A stretch of DNA of 64,000 nucleotides from Alistipes sp. (GCA_017403125.1 JAFQOR010000013.1:38700-102699); one strand, 5' to 3'. Shown: positions 32,051 through 42,993, counted from the stretch's first letter. Translations and numbers: made by a program. Notes: a model not told the origin generated them from the letters alone.

Positions 32051-32622
32051 TGAGCATTGTCCACCATCCAAAACTTGGCATGATTGAGTGTGTGCGCTCG
32101 TTGCGTGCACGCTCAATTCGTCTTGCCGTGCGTCGTGACGCAACACTGCGCCTCACATATCCACTATTCACGCTACGTAGCACAGCCATCAACTTTGCCG
32201 AGCGAAAGATAGCCTGGATTGAGGCAACACGACGACGCATTGCCGAGCGTAATAACAACACCCCCATACTCACACGCGATGACATAGAGCGCCTACGCCG
32301 AGAAGCGCGATGCACCCTTCCCCCATTAGTCGAACGCCTCGCACGCGAACATGGATTCCAATATAGTGCCCTCAGCATATCGTCGGCACATACACGCTGG
32401 GGCTCATGCAGTGGTAAAAACAGCATATCGCTATCGCTATACATAATGACACTGCCCGAACACCTACGCGAGTTTATCATTCTGCACGAGCTGTGTCACA
32501 CACGCCACCACAACCACTCGGCAGCGTTTCACGCCCTACTCGACAGTTGCGTATGTGGCAAAGAGAAGCTCCTCAACAAGGAGTTGAGGAGCTATCACAT
32601 ACCCGCCACACCCGGCGAGTAG
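32050..32622 (+). CDS. YgjP/DUF45 (M48-like) metallohydrolase
   Basis: TRWGSCS, ILHELCH, NHSAAF. Confidence 0.88.
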   Translation: MSIVHHPKLGMIECVRSLRARSIRLAVRRDATLRLTYPLFTLRSTAINFAERKIAWIEATRRRIAERNNNTPILTRDDIERLRREARCTLPPLVERLAREHGFQYSALSISSAHTRWGSCSGKNSISLSLYIMTLPEHLREFIILHELCHTRHHNHSAAFHALLDSCVCGKEKLLNKELRSYHIPATPGE

Positions 32623-32658
32623 CACTCGTTTCTATTTTTTTATATCGCCATACGAAGG

Positions 32659-34251
32659 CTATCGACCGATAGCATCTGCCGCAACCATATACTTTCCGTC
32701 GGTAATACGCTCCAATGGGAAGCACTCATAGGCTATGGTATATCCTCCATAACCTCCACCACCCGAACAGTAGGTCGTATCCTCCCACAAGAAGCCTATG
32801 CGCAAGTCGTGTTGCAGCACCATGGTCGAGTATGCCGAGTTAAGCTCGGTAACTTGATATACGCCCTCCCAATTTGCAGCGACTACACTCGGTCTATCGT
32901 AATCTGCGGCAGAACTCAACACCTTGTAGTAGATACCCACATTGCTACGTCCGGGGCCCAAGGGCACCGACTGCAATAACACATCCACCCTCTGGCCATC
33001 GCTCTTGCGCACCGCAGGGATGAGTAATACCTCGCCATTGGTGGAGTTGTCTTCGGCACAAACGCCATCGTTACCATGACCCGAAAATATCTGTCCGTAC
33101 CACGTACCCTTAACATTTTCGATGTCGGTAAATTCGAAGATATTATAGTAGCGGCCACCTTGCCAGCGCGAGCTGATGAGCAGATTACCATTGGGCAACT
33201 CCTCAATTTTAGGTTCGTCGGCGCTGTTCAACACCGGAGGGTCGAGCAGATTACCCACGACCTTCCAGCTACCACCAAAATCGTCGGAATAGAGGGCATA
33301 ATTCATAGCCACACCCGACTTATTACGCACAAGCACAGCACAATACAAACGCCAATACTCACCAACCTTTACGTGGCGGCTCTGATGAATCTTGCCAGAT
33401 GCCACAAACATTGATTTGACAGGGCCATAGGCGCAATCGTCGAACTGCGAGTAGATGCTCTCGGCAATATCCTCCGGCTCGCTCCATGTGCGACCTCCAT
33501 CCTCGCTATAAAAACGAGCTATACACTGATGATTATCGCGCGTACCATTCTGATACGAAACGTTGCCCGCACACGACATCATCAACACACGATTACTCTC
33601 GCGGTCGGCAACGATGCATGGGTCGCCAAAGCCGACATGCATAAAGTCCTCCGACCCCTCACCTTTGCCGTTGATGAGTGTCGTTACACCCTCCCACGTA
33701 ATACCATTGTCGTAGCTGCGATTGATATGTAGATCGATACGTCCATAGGGCGTAACACCAATATCGGTACGGCTGTGACGATAGTCGGCAACGCAAAGCA
33801 ATGTACCATCCTGGGTAACAGCAATTGAGGGGATACGATACGGAATATCGGCATCGTTATACATTGCGAAGAGATCGTAGCGACGCGAAGACTCATACTG
33901 CTCGACATGAAGCGCAAAGCGAGTACCCGCATAGTTCAACTCTATCTCGGCAAAACGCGGCTCACGTGCCTCGTTCTGCGTAACACTAATTGTGATGCTA
34001 TCGTCCGACACCTCGACACTCTCAATCCAATCAACCGAGGTTTTGGCATTAAGTTCTGCGCCCTGCACCTCGTTTTCGATTGTGTAGCCTATGGCATACT
34101 CTCCCGCCGCAGCCTCAACAGCAAAACGCTCCATATCGAAACTTATGGTCGAGAGCACAACTTCCTGCTCGGGTTTATCCTCCTTGCAACCACCAACGAC
34201 AGTTGCCGAAACAAGCATAGCCACAAGCATCAATACTCTGAAAATTTTCAT
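32659..34251 (-). CDS. GH33 sialidase lipoprotein with N-terminal BACON domain
   Basis: Lipobox VGG-C; YRIP motif; Asp boxes SYDNGITW, SEDGGRTW, SDDFGGSW. Confidence 0.88.
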   Translation of the reverse strand: MKIFRVLMLVAMLVSATVVGGCKEDKPEQEVVLSTISFDMERFAVEAAAGEYAIGYTIENEVQGAELNAKTSVDWIESVEVSDDSITISVTQNEAREPRFAEIELNYAGTRFALHVEQYESSRRYDLFAMYNDADIPYRIPSIAVTQDGTLLCVADYRHSRTDIGVTPYGRIDLHINRSYDNGITWEGVTTLINGKGEGSEDFMHVGFGDPCIVADRESNRVLMMSCAGNVSYQNGTRDNHQCIARFYSEDGGRTWSEPEDIAESIYSQFDDCAYGPVKSMFVASGKIHQSRHVKVGEYWRLYCAVLVRNKSGVAMNYALYSDDFGGSWKVVGNLLDPPVLNSADEPKIEELPNGNLLISSRWQGGRYYNIFEFTDIENVKGTWYGQIFSGHGNDGVCAEDNSTNGEVLLIPAVRKSDGQRVDVLLQSVPLGPGRSNVGIYYKVLSSAADYDRPSVVAANWEGVYQVTELNSAYSTMVLQHDLRIGFLWEDTTYCSGGGGYGGYTIAYECFPLERITDGKYMVAADAIGR

Positions 34252-34274
34252 ATTACACATCCTTATATTAAGTA

Positions 34275-35021
34275 TTACTTGCGATAGGTATAGTATGCTC
34301 CTGCCTGACATGTAGGCATAAGCACAATATCGTTCACATTCATGTGTGCCGGCAACGACAGCATCCAACATATAGCCTCGGCAATATCCTCACCCTGCAA
34401 TGCCTCAACTCCCTTGTAAACACCCGATGCACGCTCCTTGTCGCCATGGAAACGCACCTCCGAGAACTCGGTCTCGACCATACCCGGGCGCACCTCTCCT
34501 ACCTTGATGCCTGCCGAGAGAAGGTCAGCACGCATAGCCTGCGATATGGCATGAACGGCATGCTTCGAGGCACAATAGACGGCCCCATTCTCATAGGGCT
34601 CGGTGCCGGCAATCGAGCCGATGTTGATGATATGTCCACCCTTACCGGCCTCTACCATGGCGCCACTTATAATCTTGGTCACATAGAGCAGGCCCTTGAC
34701 ATTGGTATCAATCATTGCATCCCAATCGGCAGAATCACCCTTATCGATATGCTCCAAACCGGCAGCAAGACCAGCATTATTTACCAAGACATCTACACGG
34801 CCCAGAGGTGCAAGGTGCTCGATACACTCCTTTTCGCTACGCACGTCGAAGTTCAACGCCAAGCACTTTGCGCCACGCGCCTCCACCTCCTTTTTAAGCT
34901 CTTCGAGGCGCTCGCGACGACGTCCCGTAATAATAATCTCCACTCCCGGAGCCGACAAACGGAGTGCCGTAGCACGACCAATGCCCGATGTAGCACCCGT
35001 AATCAAAATACGCTTTTCCAT
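34275..35021 (-). CDS. SDR oxidoreductase (YdfG-like)
   Basis: TGATSGIG, NNAGLAAG, YCASK, PGMVETEFS. Confidence 0.9.
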   Translation of the reverse strand: MEKRILITGATSGIGRATALRLSAPGVEIIITGRRRERLEELKKEVEARGAKCLALNFDVRSEKECIEHLAPLGRVDVLVNNAGLAAGLEHIDKGDSADWDAMIDTNVKGLLYVTKIISGAMVEAGKGGHIINIGSIAGTEPYENGAVYCASKHAVHAISQAMRADLLSAGIKVGEVRPGMVETEFSEVRFHGDKERASGVYKGVEALQGEDIAEAICWMLSLPAHMNVNDIVLMPTCQAGAYYTYRK

Positions 35022-35129
35022 GATATTGTAGTTTTAGTTAATGCAAAATATTTTATTGAATGTTCTATGAATCAGGTTGCTCGACAACAAACAATTTGTT
35101 TTCGAATCTAATCGAACGCACCTTGTACG

Positions 35130-36278
35130 CTACTCAACGCCACACAAACGTCGAAAATCCTCGATGAGAGCCAAGCATACGTGCTTCGCAGAGAACTTTT
35201 CGACCATCGGCTCTCGTTCACTAAAATCGAGTTCGGTCTCGGCAAGCTGCAAAGCACGTGTCATACCCTCATAGAGGCTATCGGCATTATGGCTCGCCTG
35301 CACCACGGTCTGCATGTCGGCAAACAGTTCACGTGAAGGGGTATTGCTTCCCGTCTCGGTAAGTATTACTCTGTTTACGCTCAAATAGGCAATAACCTTG
35401 CTCGACAGGAATGGGTCCTCATCGCGGTCACCATCCATATCAACAAGCACCTTGGCACGACGATAGTATGGTTCGAGGTCGCTTGTCGAAGGTAGAATAT
35501 GAATATGCTTCATCTCCTCGTCGTTGTAACTCTTACGAAGGTAACGGTCGTAACGACGTTTTAGGCGCGTACCCAACAATACGAGCTGCGCATTGGGACG
35601 CACCGTGAGCAGACGGCGAAAAGCATCGAGCATATACTTCGGGTTACGAAGTCCATAGATTAGACCCGTATAGAGCAGCACATCCTCGGTAGATATTGGA
35701 TAGGTGTGTCGCTGTGGCGTGGTGGGAGTAAAGTGCACGTTGGTTACCAGACCGGGTTTAGGAGTGAACGTCGTAAGCTGAAATTTGAGCATGTGGCCAT
35801 TCGACGACGACACATAGTCCGCAGCGGCATAATAACGCTTCACAACCCTCATCTTACCTCGGAACTCTCGTGGCTTGTTCCACCCTCCGGGACCGGGGAT
35901 TGCATCCACGGCATATATCGCAAACTTGCAACCCAACTTCTCGGCAATGCGCCTACCCGCTACAATCGATGTGAGCGGAGCACTTGCCGTAATGGCAAAT
36001 ACCACATCGTAGTTTTCATCAATCCGACTCAACGCACGCTTCGTCCAACGCTCACACGTGGGCAGCGCACCAAAGTTCACAAGCGTATGGCGATATATCT
36101 TTCGCATAAAGCGACCATAGGGCACCTTATACACCCTACCCACACGCTCCGAGACTTCGATAGAGAGGTTATCGGTAAGCACATCTACCGTGGCATGCTC
36201 GGCAAGACCATTGATGATGCGCTCGAAAATGGCAAATGTTGAGCCTTTGTCCCCGTTACATATTGCAAGTATTCTCAT
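35130..36278 (-). CDS. GT-B glycosyltransferase, paralog 1
   Basis: LLYTG..YGLRNP, YYRRAKVLV, SSKVIAYL; near-duplicate of the next gene. Confidence 0.75.
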   Translation of the reverse strand: MRILAICNGDKGSTFAIFERIINGLAEHATVDVLTDNLSIEVSERVGRVYKVPYGRFMRKIYRHTLVNFGALPTCERWTKRALSRIDENYDVVFAITASAPLTSIVAGRRIAEKLGCKFAIYAVDAIPGPGGWNKPREFRGKMRVVKRYYAAADYVSSSNGHMLKFQLTTFTPKPGLVTNVHFTPTTPQRHTYPISTEDVLLYTGLIYGLRNPKYMLDAFRRLLTVRPNAQLVLLGTRLKRRYDRYLRKSYNDEEMKHIHILPSTSDLEPYYRRAKVLVDMDGDRDEDPFLSSKVIAYLSVNRVILTETGSNTPSRELFADMQTVVQASHNADSLYEGMTRALQLAETELDFSEREPMVEKFSAKHVCLALIEDFRRLCGVE

Positions 36279-36325
36279 TTGATTACGAATATTCTATATG
36301 TATCATTGGACAAAGATACAAAAAT

Positions 36326-37489
36326 TTATGATATATCCTCCTCTTTTATGCTACACAAACGCTGAAAATCTCCCCATAGCGACAAACATACGTGCTGCGA
36401 CGAAAACTTCTCAATCAATGGTTGGCGCTCGCTATAATCCAAATCTTGTTCGGCAAGTTCCAATGCACGTGTCATGCCCTCAAACACGCTATCGGCATTA
36501 TGGCTCGCCTGCACCACGGTCTGCATGTTGGCAAACAACTCGCGCGAAGGGGTATTACTTCCCGTCTCGGTAAGAATCACTCTGTTCACATTCAAATAGA
36601 CAATAACCTTACTCGACATGAACGGATCCTCCTCACGGTCACCATCCATATCAATAAGCACCTTGGCACGACGATAGTATGGTTCGAGGTCGCTTGTCGA
36701 GGGCAGAATGTGAACATGTCCAATCTCCTCTTGGTTGTAGGTTTTGTGTAGATATCGCTCGTAGCAATGTTTTAGGCGCGTACCAAGCAACACGAGTTGC
36801 GCATTGGGGCGCACAGTGAGCAGACGGCGGAAAGCATCGAGCATATACTCCGGGTTGCGAAGACCGTAGATTGCACCCGTATAGAGCAAGACATCCTCGG
36901 TGGATGCAGGGCACTCGTAGCTACGCGATGACGATGGCGTATAGTGTACATTCGTAATCAATCCAGGCTTTGGAGCAAATGTCGTGAGCTGAAATTTGAG
37001 CATGTGGCCATTCGACGACGACACATAGTCCGCAGCCGAAAAACAACGCTTGACAATCTTCAACTCGCTACGATACCTACGTGGCTTGGTCCACCCTCCC
37101 GGACCCGGAATGGCATCTACGGAGTATATTGCGAACTTACTGCCCAACTTCTGGGCAATGCACCGACCTGCCACAATGGGTGTTAGAGGCACACTCGATG
37201 TTATGGCAAACACTATGTCGTAGTCCCTGTCTATCTGTTTCAACGCGCACTTTGCCCAATGCTCACACGTAGGCACAGCCTCGAAATAAAGAAGCGTGCG
37301 TCGATATATCTTACGCATAAGGCGACTATAAGGGACTTTATAGACCTTGCCCACACGCTCCGATAGTTTTATGTCTAAGTTGGACGTAAGCACATCCACG
37401 TCGGCATACTCCGCAAGGCCATCTATAATACGTTCGTAGATGGAGAAAATTGCACCCGCGTTGCCCACACAAATAGCCAGTACTTTCAT
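36326..37489 (-). CDS. GT-B glycosyltransferase, paralog 2
   Basis: Start MKVLAIC aligns with MRILAIC of the paralog; same motifs. Confidence 0.75.
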   Translation of the reverse strand: MKVLAICVGNAGAIFSIYERIIDGLAEYADVDVLTSNLDIKLSERVGKVYKVPYSRLMRKIYRRTLLYFEAVPTCEHWAKCALKQIDRDYDIVFAITSSVPLTPIVAGRCIAQKLGSKFAIYSVDAIPGPGGWTKPRRYRSELKIVKRCFSAADYVSSSNGHMLKFQLTTFAPKPGLITNVHYTPSSSRSYECPASTEDVLLYTGAIYGLRNPEYMLDAFRRLLTVRPNAQLVLLGTRLKHCYERYLHKTYNQEEIGHVHILPSTSDLEPYYRRAKVLIDMDGDREEDPFMSSKVIVYLNVNRVILTETGSNTPSRELFANMQTVVQASHNADSVFEGMTRALELAEQDLDYSERQPLIEKFSSQHVCLSLWGDFQRLCSIKEEDIS

Positions 37490-37860
37490 TACAAGGTTAG
37501 TAGTGTTCGGTAATATTCGGCAAATATACGAAAAATTGTACAAAACGAACAACCAATTTCCCATTATTATGGATTTATTTGACAATTCGATACAAGCTAT
37601 GCACTAAAATGTTGCAAATAATCCACGAACGATACGGTATGGTTTGGCACAGTTTGTCATTTTATTGCCATACATCTTTTGTTTCACATATCACAACGAT
37701 ATTTGCTCCAACCAATACATGCACACACAGTACATTATTTGAATTGTTACGGAGTAATTCCGGAATATTTTAGACGAGATGTATGCCATGTGCGAAAAAT
37801 ATACTATATTTGCGTCCGAGAAATAATTTTTATATACAATAAACCTTAATTTTTAGCTTT

Positions 37861-38721
37861 ATGAAGCACCTATTCTACCTTATCTTCGCAACCACAATGC
37901 TCTTTACGGCATGCGAGGATAACAACTCTATCGTAAAAGAGGAGCCTACACCCACCCCGGGAGCCGAACCCGAACTTTCGCTCACATCGGACGGCGCACT
38001 TATCTTCGACCACACGGGTGGCAATGGCGAGATAACCTACACTTTGGAGAACCCCGTACCCGGTCTTAATGTAGAGGCTACGACAGCTGCAAGCTGGATT
38101 ATCTGGGTGGATAGCACCAAGGCAGGCATTGTTACTTTCCAGGTAACCGAGAACCCCGCAAAGGAGAATCGCACAGGCGCTATTAAGGTCACCTATGGCG
38201 AAAAGTCGTTTACCGTAACCATCAACCAGCGTGCCTATGAGGAGGGTGCAGACATTACTGTGGAGATGCCCAACGTATGTGGCATCTACTACGGAAACCG
38301 CGATGGTGGCGACTACAACTACTACATCGCCCTGACCGATGGCGAAATGCACCTATCGTCTTCACAAGGCAACTACGAGGTTTACGACTTCAATACACCT
38401 AACGCCACATACTACTTCGTGGATGTATTCTCGAAGAGGGCCGACGATGGTAGCTTGCAGGTACCCAACGGCACCTACACACTCGACATGGCTAACACCG
38501 GTCGTGGCGACCAATTTATGTATGGTTATAGCATTTATCGCCTAAACAACGATTATGGCACCGTAGCCGAAGATTGGAACTATGCAGATGGCGAGCTTGT
38601 TGTAGAGGATGGCAAGATGACACTTACCGTAAAACTCTACGACCCCATCAACGAGATGGTACTTGATACCCACCACGTTACATTCAGTGGCACCTACATA
38701 CTTGTAGATAACTCGCTCTAA
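37861..38721 (+). CDS. BACON-domain lipoprotein
   Basis: Lipobox FTA-C; SWI...VTEN...R.G.I.V...TINQ BACON pattern. Confidence 0.8.
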   Translation: MKHLFYLIFATTMLFTACEDNNSIVKEEPTPTPGAEPELSLTSDGALIFDHTGGNGEITYTLENPVPGLNVEATTAASWIIWVDSTKAGIVTFQVTENPAKENRTGAIKVTYGEKSFTVTINQRAYEEGADITVEMPNVCGIYYGNRDGGDYNYYIALTDGEMHLSSSQGNYEVYDFNTPNATYYFVDVFSKRADDGSLQVPNGTYTLDMANTGRGDQFMYGYSIYRLNNDYGTVAEDWNYADGELVVEDGKMTLTVKLYDPINEMVLDTHHVTFSGTYILVDNSL

Positions 38722-38740
38722 TAGCAAATATATCATAAGG

Positions 38741-38780
38741 AATAGGCGTTGAACCCCAAGGTTTAGCGCCTATCTTTTTT
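38741..38780 (+). terminator. Intrinsic terminator
   Basis: ataggcgttgaacc...ggtttagcgcctat followed by a T run. Confidence 0.75.
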
Positions 38781-38906
38781 GGGGGTAGGGATGCGGGGAG
38801 CATAAATATATTATAATTATAAATAGAACGCGATTCTACTTATCCGACATCGAGACTCTCATAAATGAGAGTTGCGACAACAGACAATTCGAAGTACCTT
38901 TGCGCC

Positions 38907-41177
38907 ATGAAAGTACTTTTGGCAACATTATCACTATTAGCAGCGGAGCCCTCACATGCCGAGCCAGAGTTGGCAGAGCCCTCAATCGACACCCTACGCA
39001 TCGAAGAGGTGGAGGTTGTGGCATCGCTCAAACACGACTACAATCGCCAAAAGGCCATATCCGCAACGTCGCTCTCGATGCGCGGATTGGAGCAACGTGG
39101 CGTAGCATCCATAAAGGATATTTCGCTTATCGCGCCCAACTTCTACCAGCCGGAGTATGGCTCATCCATAACATCATCAATCTACGTTCGTGGCTTTGGC
39201 TCACGCATCGACCAACCCGTAATGGGCGTAACAATCGACGACGTGCCGGTAATGAATAAAAATAGCTACGACTTCGATTTCTACGACATACGACATGTGG
39301 AGCTACTGCGCGGACCACAAGGCACGCTGTATGGGCGCAATACATCGGGAGGCGTGATGAACATAACAACCCTATCGCCGGAAGTGTGGCAGGGAGCACG
39401 CTTCATGGCCGAGTATGCCACGTTGAGTTCGGCACGCGCCTCGGCAGCCTACTACACCCAACCCTCGGATAGGTTCGCTCTGTCGATAGCTGCAAATTAT
39501 GCCCACGATGGAGGATTCTTTCGCAACGAACATACAGACGAGATATGCGACCGAGGCAACCAGGGCTCACTGCGTTTGCGCATGATATGGAATACCAATA
39601 GAAGATGGCGGTTCGAGAATAGCATCACAGCAGCATACACCTCCGAAGGTGGCTACGCATACCGTCCCTACGACATGGAGACCAAGAGCTATGGCGCGAT
39701 AGCCTATAACGACCCTGCCGGATATGAGCGCCTCACGATAAACGAGGGCTTCGTAGTAAAGTACACCGATGATAACATAGAACTGTCGAGCGTAACAAGC
39801 TACCAGCTTCTCGATGATACCATGACTCTCGACCAGGACTTCACGCCCAAGAACATGTTCACGCTGCAACAGATGCAGACCGAGCACACCCTAACCGAGG
39901 AGATAGTCATACGTAATGCCGACAAGGAGCATCGCTGGCAGTGGCTGTGTGGTGCCTTTGGTTTTGCCAAGTGGTTGGAGATGTCGTCACCCGTAACCTT
40001 CAAACGCGATGGTATCGATGAGCTGATACTTCAAAATGCCAACAAGGGCATACACACGGTTTTCCCCGATAACAACATAATTATACCCAACGACAGCTTC
40101 CTAATATCGAGCGACTTTCGAATACCTACATACGGCATAGCTTTATATCATCAATCAACAATCGAGCTTGGTGCATGGCGACTTATCGCGGGTCTGCGCC
40201 TCGACTATGAGCGTAGCTCGATGCGCTACGATTCGTGGGGCGACATCGACTACAAATTTGACCTCACGATGAAGGAGGAGGACGAATATCGCACCATACA
40301 TACCGTCTTTCGCGGCAAAGAGCGTCAATCGTTCTTCGAACTACTGCCCAAGATTGCAGCCGAGTATCACATGAGCCGTGGCTCGCTATATGCCACCGTG
40401 ACGCGAGGCTACAAGGCGGGAGGCTTCAACACACAGATATTCTCGGACATCTTGCAGGTGAAGATGATGAACGGCATGATGAAGGACCTGGGCATAAAGC
40501 TCGACTCGGCAGTGGGAACAACGACCTACGATACGGCAAGTGCCACACGCTACAAACCCGAAACGAGTTGGAACTTCGAGATAGGTGCGCACCTAACACC
40601 CATAGCAAGGCTCAACATCGACGCATCGCTCTTCTGGATAGAGTGTTTCGACCAGCAGGTAACGGTGCTTCCCAAGGGCAACAATACGGGACGCATGATG
40701 AGCAACGCCGCCCGTGCACGCAGCTATGGCGTGGAGCTATCGGCGAAGTATAGCTACAAGGGGTTGGATCTCGCAGCAGACTATGGCTACACAAATGCCA
40801 AGTTCCGCAACTACGACGATGGCACTGCCGACTATTCGGGACGCTATCTGCCCTATGCGCCACAAAATACGTTATCGCTCATGGCGTCGTATCGCCTAAA
40901 CCTGAACAACAACATTCTGGATGCTATAAGTTTTGCTGCCGATTGGCGAGGCGTGGGGCGCATCTATTGGGACGAGTCAAACACCCTATCGCAGCCCTTC
41001 TACATGTTACTCGGATTTCAGGTTATGGCACATATGGGCAACGTGACGCTCTCGCTGTGGGGGTACAACATTACCAACACCGAGTACGACGTTTTCTACT
41101 TTAAGTCGGTAGGCAAGTCGTTCTTCTCGAAGGGCAGACCCATGCAGTATGGCATACGATTGAACATAAATATTTAA
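38907..41177 (+). CDS. TonB-dependent receptor (non-SusC type)
   Basis: Plug IYVRGFGSRIDQP, VELLRGPQGTLYGRNTSGG; barrel RGYKAGGFN, YKPETSWNFE. Confidence 0.92.
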   Translation: MKVLLATLSLLAAEPSHAEPELAEPSIDTLRIEEVEVVASLKHDYNRQKAISATSLSMRGLEQRGVASIKDISLIAPNFYQPEYGSSITSSIYVRGFGSRIDQPVMGVTIDDVPVMNKNSYDFDFYDIRHVELLRGPQGTLYGRNTSGGVMNITTLSPEVWQGARFMAEYATLSSARASAAYYTQPSDRFALSIAANYAHDGGFFRNEHTDEICDRGNQGSLRLRMIWNTNRRWRFENSITAAYTSEGGYAYRPYDMETKSYGAIAYNDPAGYERLTINEGFVVKYTDDNIELSSVTSYQLLDDTMTLDQDFTPKNMFTLQQMQTEHTLTEEIVIRNADKEHRWQWLCGAFGFAKWLEMSSPVTFKRDGIDELILQNANKGIHTVFPDNNIIIPNDSFLISSDFRIPTYGIALYHQSTIELGAWRLIAGLRLDYERSSMRYDSWGDIDYKFDLTMKEEDEYRTIHTVFRGKERQSFFELLPKIAAEYHMSRGSLYATVTRGYKAGGFNTQIFSDILQVKMMNGMMKDLGIKLDSAVGTTTYDTASATRYKPETSWNFEIGAHLTPIARLNIDASLFWIECFDQQVTVLPKGNNTGRMMSNAARARSYGVELSAKYSYKGLDLAADYGYTNAKFRNYDDGTADYSGRYLPYAPQNTLSLMASYRLNLNNNILDAISFAADWRGVGRIYWDESNTLSQPFYMLLGFQVMAHMGNVTLSLWGYNITNTEYDVFYFKSVGKSFFSKGRPMQYGIRLNINI

Positions 41178-41193
41178 TAAACAATAATTACAG

Positions 41194-41664
41194 ATGAAAA
41201 CACTTAACTACTTTTTTGGTGCACTCTGCGCTATGACACTTGCAACATCGTGCGAGAAGGAGGATACATTTCAAAAGGAGGTTCCCATGCCCGAGCCTAA
41301 ACCTGCAACAGAGTATGTAGGCTCGATGACCGTTGATCAGATGGATGGTACATCATTTACGAAGGAGGGCGTGAAGGTTTCATACGAGCTTCTGGATGAC
41401 ACAACAATGGAGATTGTTATGTATGGTGCAAAGTTTGCCGAGGCTATGCCCTTGGAGCTGAACATGACAATCTCGGGCGTAGAGTACAGCAAGAGCGATA
41501 ACGGATATACCCTCTCGGGCGACAACATCATACCATATGCCATGGGTGGTCCCTTCGAGCAGTACACGATTACGGGACTTATAGGCAATATTAACGACGA
41601 GGGTATGGAGCTTGACTTCACGTGTGGCGTATTCCCCGTATCGTTCAGTGGCACGACAGAGTAA
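41194..41664 (+). CDS. Calycin-like beta-barrel lipoprotein
   Basis: Lipobox ATS-C; all-beta pattern; KFAEAMP, FPVSFSG. Confidence 0.65.
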   Translation: MKTLNYFFGALCAMTLATSCEKEDTFQKEVPMPEPKPATEYVGSMTVDQMDGTSFTKEGVKVSYELLDDTTMEIVMYGAKFAEAMPLELNMTISGVEYSKSDNGYTLSGDNIIPYAMGGPFEQYTITGLIGNINDEGMELDFTCGVFPVSFSGTTE

Positions 41665-41698
41665 CACCCCACCCGCAAGACAATTATGTAGCCGAATA

Positions 41699-41734
41699 AA
41701 CAAGGGGCTTCACTTTCAGGTGAAGCCCCTTGTT
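41699..41734. terminator. Bidirectional terminator
   Basis: aacaaggggcttcac...gtgaagccccttgtt. Confidence 0.8.
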
Positions 41735-41760
41735 GGTAGTTATGCCGAATTGGCGCCCTA

Positions 41761-42993
41761 TTACCAATTCAAAATCTTGCGGAAATCATACTCCTCGGGA
41801 TTAGCGAGATAGAGCTTTGCTGCCTCGTAGTCCTCCTCGGTAATATAGTGCATAAGGTTGTCGATAACCTGATGAATCTTATCGGCATTGATATCTACCA
41901 AACGAGGCGGAATCTTACCTGTCTCGGGATCCTGCAAATCCTTCAAGTAGAGAGGTGATACGTAACCCTCTTGGCTGATATAGACCATACAACCCGACTT
42001 GCCCTCCGAGAAGAGCTTATAGACGCCCATACCGAGCTGTGAGCAATATACAAGGTCGAATGCACAAGGGGTCTGGCAACGTACCTCGTAGCCAATCTCC
42101 ACAGGACGCGACTTAACCTTTATACCCAACTCCTTGCATCGCTTCTCCAACAGCGTGTTGAACATCTCGGCCTTCGACACCTTTCCAAGTTCGGGATGAC
42201 CGTGGTCGTCGTAAGAGAAGTTAATGCCCGATTTGAGAATCTCGTCCTGATCCAACGCATGGAACACACCCTCCGAAACCATGGCTACACCATAGTCCAT
42301 GTTGAGTATCTTACGCTTGACGATAGACGATACAATAAGACTGATAATCTTATCGATAGTAATCTTTGTCTTGTTGAACATCTCGGGGATGATAATCATG
42401 GGATAGTGGCATGCCGACGCAATACCAAAGGCAAGGTGACCTGCCGAGCGACCCATGGCAGCAACAACAAACCAGTTTGACGAAGTGCGTGCATCGTTAT
42501 AGACGGCACGACCAATCACCGAACCGGCATTCTTTGCCGATTGGTAGCCAAAAGTTGGCATACCTGCGGGCAACGGGAGGTCGTTGTCGATGGTCTTGGG
42601 AACGTGGATGTTCGCAATAGGATACTGCTTTCTTTCGAGGAACTTTGCAATGCGATTAGCAGTAGATGCAGTGTCGTCACCACCAACAGTCACAAGGAGC
42701 TTGATGTTGTTATCCTTGAAGAAGTCGATATTAAAGTTCTTCTCGAAATCCTCGTCTGTGGGCTTAAATCTGCTCATAGTAAGGTACGAGCCACCCTGAT
42801 TGAAGATATAATCTACGCGGAACATGTCGAGATCCTCGCAACGAGGATTGGGATTGAAGAGTCCCGAATAACCAAAATGAAGACCGATAACTCTGTAACC
42901 CTTTGCCAAAAAAGTCTTGGCAACACTACCTACAACAGTGTTAATGCCGGGCGCGGGACCGCCACCAGCAAGAATTGCAATAGCCTCTTTCAT
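41761..42993 (-). CDS. 6-phosphofructokinase, probably PPi-dependent
   Basis: GGGPAPGIN, GGDD and PKTIDND (Asp/Lys PPi signature), MGRSAGHL. Confidence 0.9.
   Translation of the reverse strand: MKEAIAILAGGGPAPGINTVVGSVAKTFLAKGYRVIGLHFGYSGLFNPNPRCEDLDMFRVDYIFNQGGSYLTMSRFKPTDEDFEKNFNIDFFKDNNIKLLVTVGGDDTASTANRIAKFLERKQYPIANIHVPKTIDNDLPLPAGMPTFGYQSAKNAGSVIGRAVYNDARTSSNWFVVAAMGRSAGHLAFGIASACHYPMIIIPEMFNKTKITIDKIISLIVSSIVKRKILNMDYGVAMVSEGVFHALDQDEILKSGINFSYDDHGHPELGKVSKAEMFNTLLEKRCKELGIKVKSRPVEIGYEVRCQTPCAFDLVYCSQLGMGVYKLFSEGKSGCMVYISQEGYVSPLYLKDLQDPETGKIPPRLVDINADKIHQVIDNLMHYITEEDYEAAKLYLANPEEYDFRKILNW

Noticed and set aside
38781-38800. G-quadruplex or cobalamin riboswitch before the TonB receptor
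   Set aside because: Only three long G tracts and no B12-box motifs; the promoter element lies directly before the ATG.
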